From: Takakia lepidozioides
Taxonomy: Eukaryota > Plantae > Bryophyta
Assembly (NCBI GenBank): GCA_030704615.1
Contig: CM060733.1
Span: forward strand, 32,860,001-32,924,000
Reading direction: 5' to 3'
Length of the DNA: 64,000 nt
Shown here: positions 40,378 to 51,706 of the stretch, one piece after another
Numbering within the stretch: the first letter of the stretch is position 1
How the letters are laid out: the number at the start of each line of letters is the position of its first letter
Notes under the pieces: generated by a model
Database searches by the model: none
Seen by the model: only the letters and a program-made list of their open reading frames with translations
Told to the model about the DNA's origin: nothing
Program-made: the position numbers and the translations under genes

Positions 40378-43065
40378 AGCTGCATTGGCATCTCACAATG
40401 GACAACAACAATGCAAGGACAGGGTTACTAAATGTGATACGAAACCGTGACTTGCCAAGCTTGCTAAAAAACATAATATTCACTCCAGCAGTGATAAAGT
40501 GGCACTTGTAAAATGGAGGAGCACATGTCCAAGAGGAGATACCTCCAGTTATCACCTGGTGTCAGTTTGGTCGTCTCCTCCAAAGTCACTCGCCTGCATT
40601 CAGAATCAAACCGGGTGTCTCCTCATATCAAACATTACTCATATTCCATATTGCAAAGATCATTTTGTTCAGACTGTTGTATCCAGAAGTTGCGAGCAAC
40701 CCAGTTCCCACATATTGCAGGTTGAGCGAAACTGAAGATGACTTCGACATGTGCAAATCCTAATAGTGAAGATTTCATTTACTAGGAAGAAGAATTTCTT
40801 ACACAAAATTTTGAATATGAAGAGTCGAAGTACTCACTGATAACGGGACTAAAGATTCGTGCTGTCCAGTTCTTGCTCACAGATTGCGAGGAATCGATCC
40901 TTGCAATTCCGAAAATCCTCTGGAAATTCTGTCCAGGAGATTACAAAGGAAACACACCTGAAATGGATTAGCGGCAGACCCCCAAACCCTAATAGGCATG
41001 CTGTGGATGGATGGAGGGGCCGTGTGGAATCCTATTCAAATGCTAGCTCGCGAGAGAAAGCATGCAGCTCCCGCCATCGCAATGGCCGCGCTATACTCGT
41101 TAAGCTCGCCCTGCTCTTAGGCTCACAACCCAGTTGCAATGGTGGCCATATACGGGTGTGGGAAGTGATGCTGTTATATCCTGACATACGGAGGAAGATG
41201 GGCTCCCGAGGATCCGGGTGCGTTGTCCGACAATACCTTGGTTTGATCTGGCGCAAATGCTTTGCTCAACTTCCTGAGGAGGGGACTGCCGAACATTCAT
41301 TCTTCAGACATCGGTATCTACGTTCCCCTCCCTTGTTCGTTTTCTGCTGATATAACATAAGTTTCAGAGAATGTGGAGGAGCTGGCTGTTTCCCTTGCAG
41401 AAGAGAGATTGAGAGAAGGAGACTTTGTAACGTCCTGGGGGGGCCCCAAGGGCCTATGGGGTAAAGGCAGAAACTACTTCCGAAAACATCAGGAAGGCAA
41501 AGTGCCTCGTCGTGGCAGTGGGAGGTCCAGAGAGAGAGAGAGAGACATAGGGCTTGTCTTGTCATGACCAGAAAGGATCTGTCAAAACTTGACCAGATCA
41601 GAAAGTGTTTTTTAGAGAAACCAAGACAAAACAGCCTTGCATTGCAAAGCACCATCACCCTTCTCCTAAACCAGAGGCTTGCTCCTGATTTGTTTCACAC
41701 TTCTGGGTGATCGGGGTGGGTGGTGGGGTTTGTCAAAAACCCTCCACCTTTCTTCATAGTGACAGACATCATACTGAACAACATTCGTATTCACTGTACT
41801 GTCACACTGGGATTTCCAGAAAGCCGAAATTCGTGCTTTTTAGCATGTCAATGACCTCCAAGTCAGCCTTAACCTTTACTTAAGCAAACCAGTGCTTTTA
41901 AGTATAGAGATCTCTGCCACCACATAAGTCTGAGCATAGTATTTCTCTACGAGGATAATTCGGTTTCAATGCAGTAGCGTCATTCGAATACTTCCCTGAA
42001 AATCCTTCTCAAAACTGAGACAAAACCAAGTCTTCCACCATAGCCCAAAAGGGGTGTACTTCCATGTTTTAAAACAAAGTAAAGACAGTATAGTGGATAA
42101 GATTATTATACCAAGCCCTTGCTTTTTCTTGATAGATGCCCGAAGAAGTATCAGTACCTATAGAGGTACCAGCACTTTTAGGTGCCCGCAAGTCTGGCCT
42201 CTCGCTTTTTACTTTTGCGACGTGTTTTCATCCCCGGACCAGAAGGTGGTGAAAGGCTTAATTGGTCGTAACGATATTGTGGAAATGCTGCGACAGTAAA
42301 CTATGGCGCCGCTATCTGAAGCCATAAATAAATTGCTTTCACAATGAAACCACTCAGCTGGGCTGTAAACTGAGACTGATCCAAGTCAAGACAGGTCTTC
42401 AGAACCTTCTGGTAACAGATTACTTCCGTAAAATACTTCCCTCAAAGAAACCTGAGGCTGTCGTGAAGCGCTGTACCATTATTCTTAGGCAGTGGCTGCC
42501 TCATGCGACAGGTGATTTGCATTATCTATCCAGTGTACTCTGTAGCAAAACTTACACATACAGCTTAGAAATCCATGAAAAGTGAAGGACCCTCACCAGC
42601 GCCCGTCCCAAAAACCACCACATCCAACAGAATGCGTGTTAGTGAGGATGCGCGAGTTGAGTAGCAGGTCTTCACGCTTGCTATCGCTGTCCAACATGCA
42701 TTTCTAAGCAAGTGAAAGATTGCAAGAGTAATAGTAAAGGTGTGATATTGCACAGAACCTTGAAAGTTTGAGGCAGACCAGTCTGCGACGCAGCACAAAT
42801 CTGTTCACGTAACAAGAAGTAATTGCAAAGCACAGGTAAGGGCTAAGTGTAACTTCCTGTTCGTGTCAACAACTGAGCCAAAGCTTCCCTATAACTGCAT
42901 AGGAAGCTCGACCAGCATAATGAAGGCTAGGTTGCGCTTAAATATTCCTAGCCACAGCCTTGTTGAAAAACTCTTGAAGGCAAAGCTCGGTGAGCTGTGT
43001 GCCTGACACTGTCCTAGTTTCAGGTAGCAGCTTACACAACCTTTGTAAATGAGCACTAAATTGCA

Positions 43066-43090
43066 GGTTTAGGGTTCTGAAACCCTAAAT
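43066..43090. promoter_or_regulatory. Inverted pair of telo-box-like motifs upstream of the CRM gene
   Basis: tttagggtt-ctg-aaaccctaaa; AAACCCTAA is the plant telo-box. Confidence 0.45.
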
Positions 43091-43389
43091 TTAAACCAGC
43101 ACATGGCAATAAATCCCACAAGGCCCTAGGCCAGGGAATGAATTTTGCAGCAAGTGTCTACTTGTCAATCTAGGACTTACATAGGAAAAAAACACTTTAT
43201 CCCACCTGTTTCAAGATTAATTTTGATGTAATCAGGGCAGACTGTTGGGACATTGAAGTCCAGAGAGTTTTCCTGCATTTTTTCTTGCGTGTGTTTGGTG
43301 TGGTTGGATGAGGATGTTGGGAGACAGCCAGTGATAAAGAGTGCAGGCTTACTTGAGTTGGTCCACAAAATTCTCATGGGGCGGATAGC

Positions 43390-46300
43390 TTGATTGGGGG
43401 ATTGGACAAGGACCTTTGGTGGCAGGCGTGGGAAGGAGACGAAAGGCCTGCAAGGAAGGCTTGGCCAGTGCCTGTGTTTCGCACTTTCTTTGCACATGTC
43501 AGACATTATGGTTCGACCGCAGGGGTGGGTGGGAGATGGATAACAGCATCTGGAGCGGACATGGGACCTCCCCCTTCATTCCCTCTCAGAGATCCATTTG
43601 CTAATGGTGGCATTCGGTTCAAGAGTAATAAAGGCCAAATGAATAAGACCTCAAAGAAGAAGGCCAAGGAGGTGCGGCTTAAGCTCCGACAGCTGAGGAT
43701 GGCGAGCCAGGCTAGGAAGGCCAAAATGTCTCCAGAGGAAACGCTTGTCTGGCGGATTGAAAAGGTCTGTCTTTGTAATACTCTCCCACTGGCCCGTGTG
43801 GGCATCCTGCAGATGTACACTCTCTCTCTCATCTTGATGGTGGGTAGGGGTTTCCCTAGGTCCTAACCTGAAGCAGCTCTCGTATGTGGTCATAAGAGAG
43901 GCTGCCCTATGTGGTTAGAAGTCCTGGCTCTTCTCTTCTCATTTGCAAGGTGAGCTGAAGGAGCAGTCACCTTACTGCTGAACCAAGCAAGGTACTCACC
44001 CTGGCTATATGTGCCTTTGTTTGAGTACTTGGCTCAGATAACAAATGTCAAGCAGTTTAAGCCTAGAATTTTGTGCAAATCATTTATCTACTGGTTTGCA
44101 GACGTGCATAATGGGGCCAGGTGAGGCGGCTTCACTTGCTTTAGAGGTAGACATACTCAAATTCTGAAAAGGAAAGAAAGAGCATAAGGGAAGCATGCTG
44201 CCTCGCTTGGTGTAGAATGGTGTTGAGAATAGACACTGTTGAATACCCTGGACATTGTATCAGAAAATCGATATTGTCGTCAGGCCGCCCGCACATTGGG
44301 CATTGACAATGTACCTTTCCTCTCTGTATCTGTTTATTGTCCAAAGGTAGACTCCCTGCCCTGAGTTTGAATTTCAGCCGAGGATAGGTAAGCCCTTCAG
44401 ATCATCTTTAAGGTCCTCAGCCATGTCACAAACTGGAAACGAGTTCAGGAAAGCTTTATGCCTAACTTCATTAGAGAATGTACTCATGAGACGTTGTTTG
44501 CCATAGCCTTGTGGACATGGATCCCGCACCCAGTTTGGGCAGAACTTTGTTTACAGAGAAAGAGTATGGGTTACTCATGTCAAGACTTGTCCAGTCCTGG
44601 ATCATTTGGATCTAGTCCTGTTTCGTTTAACTGACATCATACATCTGGACAGAATCGAGATCCTTCAAGCATTGACACTAGCTATTACATAAATACCTCA
44701 ATTCCTCCAAAGCTCAGATTTGTGTGCTTACAAATCTTGCAATTGGTTACATAAGCTGCATGCAAGCAAGGCTTTGACCAGAAGGTCCTTCCTTGTTTCC
44801 GCAAGTAGAGTAGAAACCTCCATAGATAAGCCATAGCTCAGCAGTTAGGGGATTGGTTCTTTGAAGCAGTTTTACAAATTCAAAATGCGCCATCTGGGCA
44901 TACTTGACCCCGGGTCATACTGTCAAAGTCAATCCATGTACCCATCTACCTATTTCAAGGTAGGCATGAAGAGCTATAGTGTAGGTTCCCTCTTGTTCCG
45001 CCCAAACTGGGTGCAGGTCTAGAGTCCCAAGGCTACGGGAAACAACGTCTTAGGAGTACATTCTCTCTCTCTCTGCCCCATTGTGGCTCTGGGAGGGTCA
45101 GTTTCCGACGGGGTCGACGGTGAAAGGCTATTGCATCATTTGTGTGTGTCTCTGTTCCCTAATAAATAATTTGTGGAGCCTGTCTCTTGCAGCTGAAGAG
45201 AAAGAAGGCTGTGCATGAAGAGCGTCTGAAGAAGTATGAGTTGCCAGAGTTTCCTGAAGCTGATCCAGATCCAGAATCTCTAACTCCAGAGCAGCTTTAT
45301 GCACTTAAGAAACTTGGATACAAGAACAAGAATTATGTGCCTGTTGGGAGGCGAGGAATTTATGGAGGCACCATTCAGAACATGCATATGCACTGGAAGA
45401 AGCATGAGACTGTGCGGATATGCTGCGACAATTTTCCAAAAGAGAAAATTAAAGAAATGGGTGAGCAGCTAGAGAGGCTGAGCGGAGGTGTTGTGATTGA
45501 CATTCATCAGGCCAGGACTATAATCATGTACCGGGGCAGAAATTACAAGAGGCCCCAGAATGACATACCAGAGGTTTTTAAGAAATTCAATAAGAGAAAG
45601 GTAGTGTCTCCTTTCCTTCTGTATGCAGATTCTAATCTGAAATTTTATTGTGGGAGAGCCATTTTGCGCTGTTTGCTGATGGTTTTTGGTTTTTTGTACT
45701 GTATTGTGACCTCTCTCCTTGATGTAACCAGTCGATCAGCATTTATTATTATGATTCAAATACTAGCCAAATTTGACTGACAGAAGACGGAGTTTGGGAA
45801 ACATGGCACTGGTGTGAGACATACCAAAACTCAACTTCTTGCCATGGCCACACTTGCAGTTTTGATCATACTATCTAGTGTCACATTCAAAGAGAATTCA
45901 CGGATGTGATTTTAATACATTTGATGGTGCAAATGGGATGAGCTAAATGCCGACGAGTTGAACAATGCAACAGCCCAGAACTTATACAGTGTGTGGTTGG
46001 GTGTGATAGGCACTGTTGAAGTCGAAGCATCTGCAAGCAATTGGATCTCTAGATGACAATATTTGCAAATGGGAGAAGGATCTTAGGGTGGTACGTGCAG
46101 ACATGGCCCGTGAGGCAGCTGACAAGGCTCGCTGGGCAGCTCAAGAACCAATTTCCCCCAGTCTTGAACCTGTCCGGCAACCTATATCCCCGGAAGAGTT
46201 TGTAGAATGGGAGAGTGATGAGTTGACTGACACTGAGGATGATTTCACAGAGACTGAGGATGAGTTGCCTGACACTGAGGATGATTTTACAGAGACTGAG

Positions 46301-46393
46301 GATGAGTTCACAGACACCGAGGAGGATGTATCCACTGATGTAGAGGAATTGGTAAAGGAGACTGACTCTGACAAACATCATAGTGCTGGGTGA
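43390..46393 (+). CDS. Single CRM (CRS1/YhbY)-domain RNA-binding protein; at least 3 exons (~43390-43764, 45193-45600, 46010-46393), start uncertain
   Basis: MSPEETLVWRIEK|LKRKK..DPESLTPEQ..KKLGYKNKNYVPVGRRGIYGGTIQNMHMHWKKHETVRI..LERLSGG..IIMYRGRNYKRP, followed by an acidic repeat tail. Confidence 0.92.
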
Positions 46394-47767
46394 CTTTTCA
46401 GTTGTCTCCAGTGGATCCTGAAATTTGTATTGAAATGTGCTTCGCTAGGCAGCAAGGAACTATGTCACAACCTCTCTAGTTTGGTCTTAGGCAGAGGCAA
46501 CCACGCAGCATCCATCAAACATGAGATGTTTTAGAGGGTTTTGCTCACTCAGTTCAAGCTTTAATACTGTGAAGGCCCTAGTTATTCATCAGTTTCTGAC
46601 AGCAATGTTAAGTATTTATGCCCACGGTCCTTACCCGTAAGTAGGATTTAGAAATGAGGGAAGGGGTAACACCATTAATGCACTTCAGTAACGGGGTTGA
46701 TCTTGTCAGTTCAGCATCGTGTATAGGGCTAAAGTCTTGACACGCACATGATTGCGTTAGTTTGGACTAGGTGACCAGTGACAATGGAGTACCCATGAAA
46801 TCATGTTGGGATGTCACAAAGCTGATTTAAGGATTGCAAATGTGAGACTGTCCTGTAGCAATTTCTGGACTAACTCTTCTCTCCTCTAACAGATGAAGGA
46901 TCGGGGCGTTTGTTTTGGATAGTATCATATTGTCTGGGGAAGTTTTTTTTTTTTTTTTTTTTAACTGGCATGAAGACCCAGAAATAAATTAACAAGCAAT
47001 GAAAAAATGACCTTGCGAAAATAGACATGAAAGCTTGCCCCCTAACCAGAGTATAAAGAGTGTGTCCAAAGTCAAAAACAAAACAGAGACAGAGAAGAAG
47101 ATAGAAAAAAGGGAGGTGAACAGTTACCAGCTACCTCTTCAGGCTAAAGTAAGCTGGGCTTTAGATTTGCCTTTACGAAAACTCTTACTATGATGCCAAT
47201 TAGTTTTGGGCTCCTCCCCAGGAGAAGCGGGCGCTAAGGGAGCTCCCAGCAGGCAGGAAGGGAGCTGCTCCCAATTCGGATTGTCTTGCGCACAAGACAC
47301 CACTTTTTCCCTTGGAGATATCAAAGCCAATGAGAAGCTCTGCTCTCCATCTTTCAGCTCATCTACAAAATAAAACCACTTCAGGCTTTGCGAGCTTCAG
47401 TCATCATATTTGACTGAACTCTAGAAATCAACACCTCTGAGGTAAGGCACTTTACTATAAAATTTCAATCCTCCTTGTGACTAATGGAATCTACTTTCAT
47501 CAACCTGAAAATTCATCCATTATTTTCATAAGTTGTTCATTAACATAGATGTTACCTGAGGGAGATGTTACATGGAGAAGGCACATCATGGAAGTGGTTT
47601 AGGAGAGGAGGTGACACTTGGGGAAGGCAGAAGAGGTGCTTAGCCATTTTTGACACTAATGCATAGTCTCATCTTTCTAAGAAAAAGAAGCGAACAAATG
47701 AACATCTAGACTTCCAGATATTCCACAAAATCAAGTAGCCCAAACAGGGGAGCTACTTGTGAGAGCT

Positions 47768-48060
47768 TGTAAAGCCCCATATTTGCTTAGCCTAGAAATG
47801 GCCCGTTTCATCAGAAATGGCCCGTTTCATCCAAAACGGCGATACACATCCATAGTATATTTTTTTGGCGTATAAAGCCCAATGATATCTAGGTTAGGGT
47901 TAGTTTTGGCTGGTGGCTCGATCCTAGCCCTTCAACAAATCTAGGGTAACAAGGCGGCGCCGTGGGCTTTGGCTTGTGATGCCTCGCCACGCGGCGGGCC
48001 ACTAAAGCTAGGGCTTTTGTATAAAGACGATGCCCTGACACAAGGTCAGGGCGGTGTACT
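47768..48060 (+). repeat. Truncated LTR of the same Gypsy family
   Basis: tgtaaagccccat... matches the first ~285 bp of the 23361 and 27528 LTRs, with a small internal duplication and a deletion. Confidence 0.9.
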
Positions 48061-51000
48061 CGACACGAAATTGAAGCAAATCACCGTGAGGAACTGGTCA
48101 CAAAACTCCTTGCCCTGATCCGTTAGTATCTCCCGATAACACCCATGTCACATAAGGATCTCATTGAAGAAGATCTGAGTTAGTCAAGTAGAAGTCAAGT
48201 AGTCGGTAGCAACACAAAGATAGCTTCGACCCTTTGATGTGAGTGCGAGGGGTCCTACTAAGTCAATGTTAGCACGACAACCTTCACACTTAGAGATGAA
48301 TTCCGTGACGTCTCGTGAATTCCTAGCTAATAGTAAACCTCTTGGATGCGGGCCACAATTTTCTTGATACCAAGGTGACCTGCATACAAGGAACAATAGA
48401 AACGCTCCAATAAAGCATTCAGCTGGCTCCGTGGTGGCACCTCCAAGTAGCATGGGACTCCCCCTCTAGTGAGCTCCTTGAAAAGTTTATCATCCATGAA
48501 ACGGTGAGTAGACACATGATAGAGAATTTGTTTACGCAAGGACTCGGAAAGGCCAGCTGGCGAGCGCCCTGATTGGCATCGCTGGAGTAGCGCAGCATAT
48601 AGCTGATCATCCATGACTGCACTGCACATAAGAGGTAGACAATGGGTTTTAGAGAATGTAGCCTGGAGTGTCTGCACCGATGATCTCCAGCCAGGGATAC
48701 CTTCACCTCATTTGTTACTACTCATGGACAGCCAAATCAGGCCTTGAGGCTCAAGCCAACAGTCACACCGGAGTGCAGCAGCCGAATCACAACAAACGGG
48801 CCTAGGAAAGAGAAGAGCTGAAACACAACAAGGAACTTTCACCAAACTATCCGAATTCTCGCTAAGCGATAGATCCACCACACATACTAACACACGAATA
48901 AATCAACCAGGATCATCAAGAAGGCTAGACCAGCCCCAAGCAGCCAATATGCCATGTAAATCCAAGGCCAAGGGGTGATCATCTGTACAAAGAAGATTGA
49001 GAAGAGGGGCAGGATCACGAGGAGGGGCTGCATCAGCAGCAGCAAGGTCATCCAAGGTGAGCATGGGCCTGCTGACAGGAGGATCAACCCGTGTAGGTGC
49101 ATCAGCATTTGTGTTCTCCTTGCCCTTCTTGTAGAATATATCCATGTCAAATTCCTACAGGTACATAGCTCATCTAGCAAGTCTGTCATGAAGTTCCCTG
49201 GGCTTAACAAGAGCTTTAAGTGGAAGATGATCAGTCTCTACTTCAAACTGGCTACCATGCAAATATTGCCTGAAATGTTTCACACCAAATACTAAGGCTA
49301 GACCCTCCTTGTCAAATATGGAATAGTTCCTTTCATGATGATCAAGACGGCGAGATACATAAGCTATTACATGCTCCTTGCCTCCTACAACTTGACATAA
49401 GATTGCAGAGATGGCAACATCTGATACATCAGTCTGAAGCAAGAAAGGTAATTCAAAGTTGGAAAACATCAGGATGGGAGCTAAACACAAAGCCTTGTGA
49501 AGGGTGTCAAAGGCAGTCTGCTGGGAGAATGTCCATTCAAACCTGGCATCTTTGCACAACACCTTGGTTAGAGGGTGGGCAAGCTTAGCAAAGTTCTCAA
49601 TGAAGCGTCTATAATAAGAAGCCAGACCCAGGAAGGATTTGATACAATGTTTATTCCTGGGAATAGAAAAGCCCCAAACAGACTCAAGCTTTGCAGGATC
49701 AGGAAGCAAACCATCATTGGAGAGGATATGACCAAGAAAGTGTAGCTCAAGCATGAACAGTTAACATTTCTTTGGCTTCACTTTGAGGCGTGCAATACGC
49801 AATTTGTTGAACACACAATGCAGGTCAGTCAAGTAGGTATCAAAACTGGTTGAATACACATTGATATCATCTACATAAATTAAGACACGTTCCCAGCGAA
49901 GATTTCCCAAGACAATGTCCATGAGGCGTTGGAAGGTAGAGGTGGCATTGCACCAAAGGGCATGGTCTCATATTGGTATTTGCCCATGCGACACACAAAT
50001 GAGGTCTTTTCCTTGGTTGCTTCAGTGAGAAGAACTTGCCAAAAACCAGATGCAAGATTAAGAGAGGAGAGAATTGTAGCACCGTGCAATTGATCCAAGG
50101 TCTCATTGATCCTAGGTAGAGGGTAGGCATCCTTTTTAGTGACGTCATTCAGTTTCCTGAAGTCAACACAACAGCGGGTGGTGCGATCTTTCTTTCCAAC
50201 CAGACAATAGAACTAGCCCAAAGAGAAACTGATGGCTCAATCACACTAGCATCAAGCATTTTTTGGACTTCCTCTTGGACTATAGCACGTTCTTTGACAC
50301 TATCTCGGTAAGCAAATTGTTTGATAGGAGGTCCTTCTGTAACAATGTCATGATGAAGGATGGGAGTGCGTCCTAAATCAGTGGACCCCGAGCTGAAGGC
50401 ATCTAGATTTTTTGCAATAAGCATCTCAACTCTCTTTCTTTGCCCTGAGGAGAGGGTGGTACCCAACTTGATTTCAGACAGCACTTTGGTGAAGGTTTTC
50501 TTACCTTCGGGATTGAGATCAGGAACAGGTGGTGGTGCAATTGCAGCAAAGGCAGCAACAGCATCCAAGGGGCCATGTTGTATGCCTATGGCCTCTAGTC
50601 CAAAGCCAGCTTACACCTCTTGATTTCAGCAATGGGTAAGGCAATGATGCGAGCCAGGACCTGCCCTTTCTTAATGGTCACAGAGAAGCGCTCAGGATTA
50701 GCAATTAGAATCTTGACTTCTTGCCTATATCCCCTATCTATAACACCTGTGGTGACTAGGCAATGTTTTAGGGCAGTCAGTCTCCTCCAGCCTTCAACTT
50801 CCAGGAAGTGAGCAGCTGGACAGAGGAAGGTCAGGCTTTGACCACTTTCTGGGTCATGGCAGGGATGGTTATGTTGAGAAGTGCACGAATCAGGGTAGAA
50901 TTCCTTGGAACAGCTATGGGCATCCCTGTTTTACCACTAGTACTAGGAACATGCCATTGATATAAGAGTTGAAGATCAGGCTGAAACTTGTAAAAAATCA

Positions 51001-51074
51001 TTCCAATTGAGGGTGGAAGTGAGAGTTTTGTTGTACCTCTTTGACCATGGCTTGGACTCTGGATAGATTGGCTA
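48061..51074 (-). pseudogene. Gypsy pol remnant (dUTPase-like, RT, RNase H, partial integrase)
   Basis: Fragmented ORFs 50149-50568, 49880-50098, 49170-49754 and 48184-48677 carry RT/RH/IN motifs with many frameshifts. Confidence 0.9.
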
Positions 51075-51706
51075 TAGTAGACCCAACGACGCAATGGCGT
51101 GAGCGTTGCACGTGAGCGCGCGAGCGTACGCTCACGCAGGAGTGACGTGGCGTGAGCGTACGCTCACGCCAGCTGACGTGGCGTGAGCGTCATGTCAGCA
51201 TGCTGATGTGGCGGTAAATGATGACGTGGCACTGTCCGTCAACTGCCACGTCAGCATTAACATGCGCTGCCTATAACCGTGGATGGTCCTATGACCGTGG
51301 AATTAATGCAGGGAATCTTGCCTAAATAGAATCAAGACGAGCGTTGAGGCCTACAATTGCAGCATCCAACATTGTGCAATTACAAATGTTTGTTTCACTT
51401 TTACAATTACGAAGACGACAAAATATCCTCACAAAGTGTGCGCCATAAAGGCTGCCACGAGAAGACTTCATCCCTCCTCAAATAACAATGAGAGTTATGA
51501 TCATCTTCAAAAGATGATTGTAGTGCATAGCGACAGCAAGACATGTAGACTTCGAACGGTGCAATGACAAATGTGCACTACCTAAAAGTTGTCACTCAGA
51601 CCTCACTCCGTATAGTTGGAGGCCATATCATTGCACAGCCGACGAATTGATGTGAATTACACATTTCAAATCATGGTCATCCACATACCACATTACATAG
51701 TTCATG

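Noticed and set aside
40859-41658. ORFs upstream of the PORR gene
   Set aside because: No domain signal; probably UTR, intron or promoter sequence.
51075-51085. 11-bp TSD (TAGTAGACCCA)
   Set aside because: The TIR alignment places the element start at the CA at 51084, giving a 9-bp TSD. The extra CA match is probably coincidental.
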